Below, one piece after another: positions 35,104 through 43,590 of a stretch of 64,000 bases of DNA (its first letter is position 1; each line of letters opens with the position of its first letter). A program made the translations under genes and the position numbers. The stretch is from Clostridia bacterium (GTDB lineage: Bacteria > Bacillota > Clostridia > Oscillospirales > CAG-272): assembly GCA_017462545.1 (NCBI GenBank), contig JAFTQX010000052.1, forward strand, positions 8,148 through 72,147, given 5' to 3'. The notes beneath the pieces are model-generated. The model was not told where the DNA came from. It ran no database searches and was given only the letters and a program-made list of their open reading frames with translations.

Positions 35104-35132
35104 TTGCAATTGTGCAATTCTTGTGTTATAAT
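35104..35132 (+). promoter_or_regulatory. promoter for secG (TTGCAA-17-TATAAT)
   Basis: TTGCAA at 35104-35109 and TATAAT at 35127-35132. Confidence 0.65.
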
Positions 35133-35231
35133 ATTCGTATCGCAAGTCTCGGCTGTGCCTTTTTAGGCGAAAAGCCGTGTACATAAGCAAAAGAGGAAGG
35201 AAAGGTTTCTTGTTAGGGAAACGGTTTTATC

Positions 35232-35588
35232 ATGGACACTGTTGTACTGATTTTTCAAATTGCATTGCTCGCCCTCGGCGTATTTCTGGTTGCTGCTGTT
35301 TTGATGCAGCAGGGTAAGGCTCATGGCCTTTCCGGTGCCATTGCCGGTGGCGCAGAGACCTTTTTCGGCAAAGAAAAGGCAAAGAGCATGAACAAAAAGC
35401 TCTCTATTGCCACAACGATCTTCGGTATCGTGTTTGTGCTGGCAGTGTTGGTGCTGTATATCCTGCAGCCCGATGCGAAGTTCTCCACCACTTACTCGAA
35501 CAACAACTGGGTCTATTCTCCCTATCAGCAGTTGGAGGTTTCCGAGCTGCAGAAGGTAGAGGATACCACGAACAAGACCGATAAGTAA
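35232..35588 (+). CDS. secG: preprotein translocase subunit SecG (with a C-terminal extension)
   Basis: Two TM helices flank the Gly-rich loop QQGKAHGLSGAIAGGAETFFG. At 118 aa it is longer than the usual ~75 aa. Confidence 0.85.
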   Translation: MDTVVLIFQIALLALGVFLVAAVLMQQGKAHGLSGAIAGGAETFFGKEKAKSMNKKLSIATTIFGIVFVLAVLVLYILQPDAKFSTTYSNNNWVYSPYQQLEVSELQKVEDTTNKTDK

Positions 35589-35589
35589 A

Positions 35590-35627
35590 AAGAAATGCCG
35601 ACGATTTTCGTCGGCTTTCTTTTTTCG
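35590..35627 (+). terminator. terminator or attenuator after secG
   Basis: GCCGACGA-TTT-TCGTCGGC followed by TTTCTTTTTT. It lies inside the discounted N-terminal extension of the rnr ORF. Confidence 0.7.
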
Positions 35628-35648
35628 GCACGGGATGAAGGAGGTTTT

Positions 35649-37808
35649 ATGAAGAAGTACGAAAAAAATAAAAAGAAGTTTTTAAAAAAGGTAGGCCGCC
35701 GGCAGGAGGAGAAAAAGCGTGCCCGCCGTGATCGGTTTGAGCAGCCTGATCTTGCCGGGGTGGATGACTGTCGCACCGCGGCAGAAAAACGAAAATTTGC
35801 CCGTGCGTCGGCACTTGCGCGCCATGCGCAGGCGGCCCATTCGCGCCCGGTACGGGAAAATAAGATCATAGAGGGCGTTTTTCACGGTACCAGCCGTGGC
35901 TTTGGCTTTGTCACGCCGGAGGGGACAGATGCGCGTGATGGTGACATCTTTATTCCTGCCGCCTATACGGGGGGCGCGTTGGATGGTGACCGCGTGCGCG
36001 TGCGCTACCACGCCTACACCTCCTATCGAGACGGCGTGGCCGAGGAGAAGACCGAGGGTGAGGTGCTTACTGTGTTAACAGCGGCACATCGCACCGTGAT
36101 CGGTACGCTGACACGGGGCGAGGGCGGCTATGGTCGTCGTAGCTACACCTACTGGTATCTGCAGCCGGATGACAGCCGCATCCCCGAGGAGATTACCCTA
36201 CCAGGGCCGGGCAAGGCTCGCGCGGGGGATAAGGTAGAGGTAGAGCTGGAAAAAAACACCTCACGCGGGCTGCGTGGGCATGTGGTGCGCGTGTTTGGGC
36301 CGGCTGATGATCGCGCCGCCAATTACGAGGCGGTGCTGGCCGCGCAAAGCGTTCGCGTCGCGTTTCCTGCTGCCGTGCAGGAGGAGGCAGAGCAAAGGGC
36401 AGCCCGACCCCTATCAGACGAGGGGCGCGTGCGGCGTGACCATGAGGTGATCTTCACCATTGACGGGGCAGGGGCAAAGGATTTGGACGATGCCGTCTCC
36501 TTGCGCCGTCTGCCGGATGGCGGCTGGCTGCTTGGCGTGCATATAGCCGATGTCAGCGAATACGTTACGCCCGGCTCTGCCTTAGATGCCGAGGCCATGC
36601 TGCGCGGCACCAGCATCTATTTTATCGATCAAGTCGTTCCCATGCTGCCAAAGGCACTCTCGAACGGTGCCTGCTCCTTGAACGCGGGAGAGGAAAAGTA
36701 CGCCCTTTCTGCCGTCATGACCTTGGATGAGAAGGGGATCATTCGCTCTACCCGCATCACGCGCAGCATCATCTGTTCCCGCGTGCGCGGCGTGTATGAA
36801 GAGGTCAATGATCTCTTTGAAAAAGGCAAGCGTTCTCCCTTTGCCAAAAAGTATGCTTCGGTCATGCCCTCGCTTGCACGAATGCGGGAGCTGTACCGCC
36901 TTCTTGAAAAGCGCAACCGTGCGCGCGGCGCGCTCTCCTTTGAGCGGCCGGAGGCAGTCATCCTGTTAGATGAAGGAGGCGAGCCGACCGATATTCTGCG
37001 CCGTGAGCGCGGAGAGGCCGAGCGCATGATCGAGCAGTTTATGCTCACCGCCAACGAAGGGGTTGCCATGCTGATGCACGGTAAGAATTACCCCTGCGTT
37101 TACCGCGTGCACGATAAGCCGGAGGCGGGGAGGCTTTCCGATTTTATTCTTTATGCGCATAACCTCGGGCTGAATACCAAGCCCCTGCAAAAGGAAAAAG
37201 AGCAGCTTTCCGGCCTTGATTTTGCCGCCCTTTTGGAGGAGGCAAGCGAGAAGGGGATCGAAAACGCCGTCTCCTATACCATGCTGCGCGCCATGGCCAA
37301 GGCAGAATACAGCGATAAAGCGACAGGGCATTTTGGCCTTGGTATTCCGCTTTACAGTCATTTCACCTCGCCCATTCGTCGCTTGTCTGATCTTGCGACG
37401 CATCGTATGGTCAAGGCGGTGCTGCTGGATGGTGAGGTGCCGGCGACATATACCTCTTACGCCCGCCGCGCCGCCGAGGCGGCAAGCGAGGGTGAGCTGC
37501 GTGCCCTGGATGCCGAGCGGGAGATTGAAGCACTGTATAAGACCCTGTATATGGCCAAGCATGTCGGTGAATGCTTTGACGCGCAGATCTCCTCGGTCAC
37601 CTCGTTTGGTATGTTCTGTGAGCTGGAAAACACCTGCGAGGGGCTGATTCCGCTTGCCGCGCTGCCGGGCAGCTTCCTCTATGATGAGAAAAATCTTTCG
37701 CTCCGCTCAACGGATACGATCTATCGCATTGGCGACCGCATCCGTATATGCGTGGAGGAGGCCGATATTCCTACCCGCCGTGTGCGGTTCGCGCTGGAAA
37801 AAGAGTAA
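35649..37808 (+). CDS. rnr: ribonuclease R
   Basis: Lys/Arg-rich N-terminus, cold-shock/OB domains, the RNB catalytic domain (FTIDGAGAKDLDDAVS, YFIDQVVPMLP, HFGLGIPLYSHFTSPIRRLSD) and a C-terminal S1 domain. A GGAGG RBS precedes ATG 35649. Confidence 0.95.
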   Translation: MKKYEKNKKKFLKKVGRRQEEKKRARRDRFEQPDLAGVDDCRTAAEKRKFARASALARHAQAAHSRPVRENKIIEGVFHGTSRGFGFVTPEGTDARDGDIFIPAAYTGGALDGDRVRVRYHAYTSYRDGVAEEKTEGEVLTVLTAAHRTVIGTLTRGEGGYGRRSYTYWYLQPDDSRIPEEITLPGPGKARAGDKVEVELEKNTSRGLRGHVVRVFGPADDRAANYEAVLAAQSVRVAFPAAVQEEAEQRAARPLSDEGRVRRDHEVIFTIDGAGAKDLDDAVSLRRLPDGGWLLGVHIADVSEYVTPGSALDAEAMLRGTSIYFIDQVVPMLPKALSNGACSLNAGEEKYALSAVMTLDEKGIIRSTRITRSIICSRVRGVYEEVNDLFEKGKRSPFAKKYASVMPSLARMRELYRLLEKRNRARGALSFERPEAVILLDEGGEPTDILRRERGEAERMIEQFMLTANEGVAMLMHGKNYPCVYRVHDKPEAGRLSDFILYAHNLGLNTKPLQKEKEQLSGLDFAALLEEASEKGIENAVSYTMLRAMAKAEYSDKATGHFGLGIPLYSHFTSPIRRLSDLATHRMVKAVLLDGEVPATYTSYARRAAEAASEGELRALDAEREIEALYKTLYMAKHVGECFDAQISSVTSFGMFCELENTCEGLIPLAALPGSFLYDEKNLSLRSTDTIYRIGDRIRICVEEADIPTRRVRFALEKE

Positions 37809-37872
37809 AAAGCATTGCTTTTTTTCGTGCGCTGTGCTATACTGAACAAAAAAGAGCTGGAGGGACTTTGCC

Positions 37873-38637
37873 ATGCAAAGACTGGAAAAAATCGGCGTAC
37901 AGCTGTACACCATTCGTGACTTTATGAAGACCGAGGAGGACATCAAGGTCAGCTTTGAAAAGCTGAAAAAGCTGGGCTATGATGAGGTGCAGACCGCAGG
38001 CTGCGCTGTTCCCTATGATGTGTTTGGGCGTCTTGCGCGCGAGGCGGGGCTGACGATTGTTGGCACGCATGACAATTTTGACCGCATGTGTGAGGAGACC
38101 GAGCTGATGATGGATAACCATGATCTGCTTGGCACCAAGATCATGGGGATTGGCGGCTGCTTCAAGACGACGGTTGAGGAATACACCGCCTTTATCGACC
38201 GCGCCAATGAGCTGGCAAGCAAGATCCGTGCGCGTGGCTTTACCTTCACCTACCACAACCACAGCCATGAATTCCGCCGTCTGAACGGCAAGCTGATTAT
38301 GGATATGCTGCTGGAGGGGATGGATCCCGTCAACACCGGTTTCGTGCTGGATACCTATTGGGTACAGCACGGCGGCGGGGATGTGCGTGAATGGATTGAA
38401 AAGTGCAAGGGGCGTGTCGATATTCTTCACCTCAAGGATATGGCCAAGTGCGACGGAAACGAGCCGCCGCAGTTTATCACCGAGATCGGTAACGGCAATC
38501 TGTATTGGGAGGGCATCATCGAGACCGCGATCAACACGGGCGTGAAGCACTTTGTTGTCGAGCAGGATACCTGCCCGGGCGACCCGTTTGAAAGCTTGAA
38601 AAAGAGCAGCGAGTATCTGCATACGAATTTCTTTTGA
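37873..38637 (+). CDS. sugar phosphate isomerase/epimerase (xylose isomerase-like TIM barrel)
   Basis: IGVQLYTIRD N-terminus, YHNHSHEF and LHLKD blocks typical of the AP_endonuc_2 family. Confidence 0.75.
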   Translation: MQRLEKIGVQLYTIRDFMKTEEDIKVSFEKLKKLGYDEVQTAGCAVPYDVFGRLAREAGLTIVGTHDNFDRMCEETELMMDNHDLLGTKIMGIGGCFKTTVEEYTAFIDRANELASKIRARGFTFTYHNHSHEFRRLNGKLIMDMLLEGMDPVNTGFVLDTYWVQHGGGDVREWIEKCKGRVDILHLKDMAKCDGNEPPQFITEIGNGNLYWEGIIETAINTGVKHFVVEQDTCPGDPFESLKKSSEYLHTNFF

Positions 38638-39140
38638 TGCAGTATGAAAAAATCGTACACCCCATTCCGCCGGAGCATGACGGACAGGCAAGAATCTTGA
38701 TACTCGGCAGCTTTCCGTCAGTCGCCTCCCGTGCGACCGCCTATTTTTACGGGCACCCGCAAAACCGCTTTTGGCGCGTGCTGGCTGCTGTGATGGGGGA
38801 TGACCTGCCGCAAACGGTAGAGGAAAAACGGGCATTTTTACATCGCCATCATATCGCGTTGTGGGATGCGATCGCTTCCTGTCGCATCGCGGGCAGCGCG
38901 GATAGTAGTGTAAAAGACGTGCAGGCCAACGACCTGCGCCCGATTCTTCAAAGTAACCCGATCGGGGCGATCTTCGTCAACGGTAAAACGGCGGAGAAAT
39001 ATTATAAAAAGCTGATTTTACCGCAAATCGGGATAGAAGCTGTTTGTCTACCTTCCACTAGCCCGGCCAATGCCGCTGTCTCGCTTGATCGATTGATTGA
39101 CGCATGGCGGGTGATTCGAATAGAAAAAAGTCCGATTTAA
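38637..39140 (+). CDS. DNA-deoxyinosine glycosylase (UDG superfamily)
   Basis: ILILGSFPSVASR...YGHPQNRFWRVL is the signature N-terminal block. The start overlaps the upstream stop codon (TGATG). Confidence 0.8.
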   Translation: MQYEKIVHPIPPEHDGQARILILGSFPSVASRATAYFYGHPQNRFWRVLAAVMGDDLPQTVEEKRAFLHRHHIALWDAIASCRIAGSADSSVKDVQANDLRPILQSNPIGAIFVNGKTAEKYYKKLILPQIGIEAVCLPSTSPANAAVSLDRLIDAWRVIRIEKSPI

Positions 39141-39156
39141 TCGGACTTTTTTCTGT
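39124..39156. terminator. bidirectional terminator
   Basis: AAAAAAGTCCGA-TTTAA-TCGGACTTTTTT. Confidence 0.8.
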
Positions 39157-39159
39157 TTA

Positions 39160-40158
39160 TTATATGGTCACGCCACAGCAACGCAAAACCGTTTTATAGA
39201 GCATCAGCTCGTAGTCCGGCGTGCAGGGATTTGTTTTTTCTCCGCGCACCATGGCGGCAAAGGCCTGCATCATGTCGTCGTAGCGCCCGCCGCCGTTTGA
39301 GCGGTCATGTGTGCCATCGGTGTTCCAATCGTGTACCGTGTAGGTCGTGCGGTCAGTGTACAGCAACGGAAATTCATAATATTCAAAGGGCTTCAGCTCC
39401 ACCGTCTTTTTCTCACCCGCTACCACCAGCTGGCGGCGGCGGAAACCGCCGACTTCGACCGCGCTGGTCTTGGCGAAGGAAACCCCGTTTTCATACACCA
39501 GCACCGCCATGCCGATATCCTCCGCCGTGACGCCGTCAAAGCCGGAGCACTTGTTCAGCGGAATGATCTCCTTAGGCTCTCCTTGTAGCTGTAGGATCAG
39601 GTCGATGAGGTGACAACCGAGAAAGAACATCATCCCACCGTGGAAATTGCCCAGCCACTCTCTCGTCTCTTTGGGATGGATGCAGTTCATCTGCGCCTCC
39701 ACACAGCTGATCTTGCCAAGCTCGCCGCGCCGAACTTCCTCCAATAGCTCAATCACAAACGGATTGTAGCGGTACATATAGCCAAGATGCAGCGTTTTGC
39801 CGCTCTTTTTTGCCGCTTCAATCAGTGCCTCAAATTCGGCAAGCTCGCGCCCACCCGGTTTCTCCATGTGGATGTGCTTGCCTGCCTCGGCCGCCATACG
39901 CGCGTATTTGGTCAGGTAGATCTCGTCGGTCTCTACGGTGACCGCCTCAATGGTAGGATCATGTAAGATCTCCTCCACCGTCATCTCGGGAAGGCCTTCA
40001 AAGCAGGACAGCTTGCTTGGTAGGCGTTCTCGCTCGCCCTCGGGCAGGGCGTATCCCACCACCTCATACAGGTCGCTGTATTTCCGCAGTGTATTCATTA
40101 TGTCAAGCCCATGGCTGTGTCCGTTCACGCCAATCTGGGCGATTCTTATTTTTTTCAT
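39160..40158 (-). CDS. Gfo/Idh/MocA-family NAD(P)-dependent oxidoreductase
   Basis: MKKIRIAQIGVNGHSHG Rossmann N-terminus, the EKP motif (HIHMEKPGG) and a C-terminal alpha/beta domain. Confidence 0.8.
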   Translation of the reverse strand: MKKIRIAQIGVNGHSHGLDIMNTLRKYSDLYEVVGYALPEGERERLPSKLSCFEGLPEMTVEEILHDPTIEAVTVETDEIYLTKYARMAAEAGKHIHMEKPGGRELAEFEALIEAAKKSGKTLHLGYMYRYNPFVIELLEEVRRGELGKISCVEAQMNCIHPKETREWLGNFHGGMMFFLGCHLIDLILQLQGEPKEIIPLNKCSGFDGVTAEDIGMAVLVYENGVSFAKTSAVEVGGFRRRQLVVAGEKKTVELKPFEYYEFPLLYTDRTTYTVHDWNTDGTHDRSNGGGRYDDMMQAFAAMVRGEKTNPCTPDYELMLYKTVLRCCGVTI

Positions 40159-41171
40159 GCGTCATCTCTCCAATCAAACTGTACAACGGGGAAGGTCTTT
40201 TCGGTCAGCAGACGTTGATAGACCGCAGGCGCCTCCTCCGGCTTGTGTGTTTCGCTGACAAGAGAAGCAAGCGAAAACCGTCCACCTGCAATCAGGTGCA
40301 AGAGTGCCATCGAGTCGTCATGCGTTGTCCACAGCCCGTGTGAGGATTCCTTGGTCGGACGCGCCAGCGTGTGCGCGCCGATCAACGAAATGCCGGGGCC
40401 ATGTACCTTGTGGTAATAGTCCACGGTGAAATTGGAATTGCGCGTGCAGCCAAGCAGGGCAACGCGGCCAAAGGGCTGCATGCAGTCCAAGACCTGGTTG
40501 AGTGCCACGCCAACGCCTGTCACCTCAATGGCTACGCGAATGCCGCCGTGCGAAAGTCGCTTGACCTCCTCGGCAAAGTTGGGGGCCATGGGATCCAGCG
40601 CGTAATCTGCCCCCAGCGTGAGCGCCAGCTTGCGTTTCCCTTCATCCGGGTCTGCCGCGATGATCGGCGCAGCTCCTGCTACGCGTAGTAGTTGAATCGC
40701 CATCATACCAAGCACGCCAACGCCCATCACGATGGCAGACTCACCGATCTCCAAGGCGCACTTGCGGATCGCCGCCAGCGGGAAAGTGGCGATCTGTACG
40801 AGAGCACCCTCTTCAAAGCTCACATTATCCGGCAAGAGGTGAACAAATTCCTCCTTGACGCAGGTGTAGTTGCTGTGTACGCTCCAAGAAAGAGCAACAC
40901 GGTCGCCGGGTTTCACGCTACGAACGCCTTCCCCCACCGCTACGACCACGCCGGCCGAGCTATAGCCCGCATAGCGGGGAAAGTGTGCCTTTCCATCCGT
41001 GATCTCGCGGGAAACGTTGACAACGCCTGCCAGGTTGGCGCGCTCTGTTCCGCTACTGATGGTAGAGAAGGCGAGCTTGGCCACGACCTCGTCCGCGCGC
41101 GGTGTGGGGATGTCCTTCTCCAGCAGCTCAACACATCCCGGAGCTGTAAATACGATTTGCTTGTTTTTCAT
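40155..41171 (-). CDS. zinc-binding medium-chain alcohol/polyol dehydrogenase
   Basis: An MDR layout with a GroES-like N-terminal domain (GDRVAL) and the Rossmann motif VMGVGVLGMMAIQL. ATG 41171 follows a GAGGAGG RBS; the upstream 48 codons are discounted. Confidence 0.8.
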   Translation of the reverse strand: MKNKQIVFTAPGCVELLEKDIPTPRADEVVAKLAFSTISSGTERANLAGVVNVSREITDGKAHFPRYAGYSSAGVVVAVGEGVRSVKPGDRVALSWSVHSNYTCVKEEFVHLLPDNVSFEEGALVQIATFPLAAIRKCALEIGESAIVMGVGVLGMMAIQLLRVAGAAPIIAADPDEGKRKLALTLGADYALDPMAPNFAEEVKRLSHGGIRVAIEVTGVGVALNQVLDCMQPFGRVALLGCTRNSNFTVDYYHKVHGPGISLIGAHTLARPTKESSHGLWTTHDDSMALLHLIAGGRFSLASLVSETHKPEEAPAVYQRLLTEKTFPVVQFDWRDDA

Positions 41172-41215
41172 GGTAGCCTCCTCAAAAAGGATTGTTTTGA
41201 TTCTATTGTACCATC

Positions 41216-41243
41216 TTGACAAGAGAAAAAAAGATGCTATACT
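41216..41243 (+). promoter_or_regulatory. promoter for the AraC-family gene (TTGACA-16-TATACT)
   Basis: TTGACA at 41216-41221 and TATACT at 41238-41243. Confidence 0.55.
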
Positions 41244-41289
41244 GTAATTAAACAACCAAAATCCTGCAAAGAAAGGATGCTTTTCTCCT

Positions 41290-42042
41290 ATGGAACGACC
41301 AATATACCGCAGCAACTACCGCTTTCTCCGTTTCACGCGGCACGGCACGCATTATACCGATGCGCGCAGCATCGTTCACCCGCATTATTTCGGATATATG
41401 CGCCGCGGTCGTGTGCGCTTGGTTTGCGACTCTCGCACGGTAGAGGTGGAGGAGGGGGAGCTGTTTTATATCCCTGTCGATTGTCACTATCAGTCCTTTT
41501 GGTCAGGCGAGCCGGAGATCTGCTTTGATTCGCTCGGTTTTGATCACTTTTTGCAGGGGGAGGAGCGGTACCCCTTGCAAAAAATCGCCATGTCCCCTGC
41601 CGTAAAAGAGCGCTTTTTTGCGCTGACCGATCACGATATGACGGTCAATTACGAGACGCTTGGGCGGTTTTTCCTCTTTCTTTCTGCCGTGCTGCTACAT
41701 ATGGAGACACGCTCTGTCAGCCGCGCAAGGCAAACGGTGGACCGTGCCCTGACCTATATGGAGAGTGCCGAGCGTTTTTCGGCCGCCGCGCTCGCGCGGC
41801 ATTGCCGCGTCAGCGAGTCCGGGCTGTTTGCCGCCTTTCGCGCGGAGGAGGGCTGCACGCCGCTTGCTGCCTGGCATAAAAAGCAGGCAACGCGTGCCGA
41901 GCTGCTGCTGCGCACCACCGATCTGCCGATCGAGGAGATCGCCGATCGGCTTGGCTATTGCTCGGCTACCTATTTTCGTAGTGTGCTGCGGCGTGAGACG
42001 GGCCGCTCACCACGCGAGATACGGCGGGATGGAACAATATAA
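41290..42042 (+). CDS. AraC-family transcriptional regulator (cupin sensor domain plus HTH)
   Basis: C-terminal double HTH (LARHCRVSESGLFAAFRAEEGCTP...IEEIADRLGYCSATYFRSVLRRETGRSPREIRR). It is transcribed divergently from the dehydrogenase pair. Confidence 0.85.
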   Translation: MERPIYRSNYRFLRFTRHGTHYTDARSIVHPHYFGYMRRGRVRLVCDSRTVEVEEGELFYIPVDCHYQSFWSGEPEICFDSLGFDHFLQGEERYPLQKIAMSPAVKERFFALTDHDMTVNYETLGRFFLFLSAVLLHMETRSVSRARQTVDRALTYMESAERFSAAALARHCRVSESGLFAAFRAEEGCTPLAAWHKKQATRAELLLRTTDLPIEEIADRLGYCSATYFRSVLRRETGRSPREIRRDGTI

Positions 42043-42123
42043 GAAGAACTTTCCACCTTTGGATTGTATTATGCGAGCAAATGTGTTATAATAATCAAAC
42101 GTGAAAACGATCAAATACATGTT

Positions 42124-43494
42124 ATGGAGAGAACAATGAGTAGTAACAGAAGCTCCTTTACCGGAAAAATCGGCTTTGTGCTGGCGGCGGCCGGCTCTGC
42201 CGTGGGCCTTGGCAATATATGGCGGTTTCCCTATCTGGCGGCCAAGTACGGCGGCGGCATCTTTCTTTTGGTGTATATCATCCTGTCCTTGACCTTCGGC
42301 TTTTCGCTGATGGTGGCAGAGATCGCCATCGGGCGTAAAACGCAGCAAAGCCCGATCACTGCCTTCCGCTCACTTGATCGGCGGTTTTCCTTTATTGGCA
42401 TTCTTGCATCCCTTGTGCCGATCATCATTATGCCCTACTATTCGGTCATCGGTGGCTGGGTGCTCAAGTATTTTGTCGGCTTTTTGACAGGTGAAGCGGG
42501 CAGCATGGCAGGTAAGGATTATTTTAATTATTACATCGCCACGCCCGGAGAACCGATTTTGTGGTTTGCCGTCTTTATGGCTGTCACCGCGCTCATCGTG
42601 CTGTTTGGCGTGCAGAAGGGTATTGAAAAGGTCAGCAAGGTGATGATGCCCATGCTGGTGGTGCTGATGCTCTTTATTGTGATCTATACCATCGCCACCA
42701 TGGATGGTGCTTGGCAGGGCGTTCTTTACTATATCACGCCTGATTTTTCTAAGTTTTCAATCATGACTGTGGTGGCCGCCATGGGGCAGCTCTTTTATTC
42801 CATGTCGCTTGCCATGGGAATTATGGTCACCTTTGGCTCGTATATGAAAAAAGATATCAGCATTGAAAAATCCACCCATCAGATTGAGCTGTTTGATACC
42901 GGCATTGCCTTTCTGGCGGGGCTGATGATCGTGCCAGCCGTCTTTGCCTTCTCGGGCGGCGACGAGGGTGCGCTTGGGCAAGGCCCCGGGCTGATGTTTG
43001 TGACGCTGCCAAAGATCTTTGAGACCATTCCGGGCGGCGCGGTGCTTGGCGCGGTGTTCTTTTTGATGGTGCTGCTGGCCGCGCTGACCTCTGCCATCTC
43101 GCTCATGGAGACGATCGTTGCTGTCATCATTGACAAGCTGAAAATTTCAAGAAAAGCATGCTGTATGCTGGTGTTGGGTGGCGCGTTTTTGCTGGGTCTG
43201 CCCTCGTCGCTCGGTTACAGTGTGTGGAAGGATGTGCGCCTGCTTGGCATGCAGCTGCTCGATTTCTTTGATTTCATCAGCAATAGCGTGATGATGCCCA
43301 TCGTAGCCTTGGCCACCTGTATCCTTATTGGATTTTTCCTCACCCCCAAGCCGTTGATCGAGGAGGTGGAGGAAAGCGGCCTCTTCCGTACGAAGCGATT
43401 GTTCTCGGTGATGATCCGTTATGTAGCACCTGTTTGCATTCTGTTGATTTTGATCTCCTCGGTGCTCAACGCCTTTGGTGTCGTTAAAATTTAA
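42124..43494 (+). CDS. sodium-dependent transporter of the NSS/SNF family
   Basis: AAAGSAVGLGNIWRFPYLAAKYGGGIFL is the NSS signature; there are about 11-12 TM segments. Confidence 0.9.
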   Translation: MERTMSSNRSSFTGKIGFVLAAAGSAVGLGNIWRFPYLAAKYGGGIFLLVYIILSLTFGFSLMVAEIAIGRKTQQSPITAFRSLDRRFSFIGILASLVPIIIMPYYSVIGGWVLKYFVGFLTGEAGSMAGKDYFNYYIATPGEPILWFAVFMAVTALIVLFGVQKGIEKVSKVMMPMLVVLMLFIVIYTIATMDGAWQGVLYYITPDFSKFSIMTVVAAMGQLFYSMSLAMGIMVTFGSYMKKDISIEKSTHQIELFDTGIAFLAGLMIVPAVFAFSGGDEGALGQGPGLMFVTLPKIFETIPGGAVLGAVFFLMVLLAALTSAISLMETIVAVIIDKLKISRKACCMLVLGGAFLLGLPSSLGYSVWKDVRLLGMQLLDFFDFISNSVMMPIVALATCILIGFFLTPKPLIEEVEESGLFRTKRLFSVMIRYVAPVCILLILISSVLNAFGVVKI

Positions 43495-43526
43495 CAGAAA
43501 GACATAGGATTTTCCTGTCTCTCTTG

Positions 43527-43555
43527 TTGACTTCGTCTAAAAACCGTGATACAAT
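43527..43555 (+). promoter_or_regulatory. promoter (TTGACT-17-TACAAT)
   Basis: TTGACT at 43527-43532 and TACAAT at 43550-43555. Confidence 0.6.
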
Positions 43556-43590
43556 AGTCATGAAACCAAAATAAAGAAAGGATCCTTGTG

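Noticed and set aside
37837-38835. A 332-aa minus-strand ORF opposite the sugar-phosphate isomerase and glycosylase genes.
   Set aside because: It is an antisense shadow that spans two plus-strand genes and their junction, and it has no recognisable domain.
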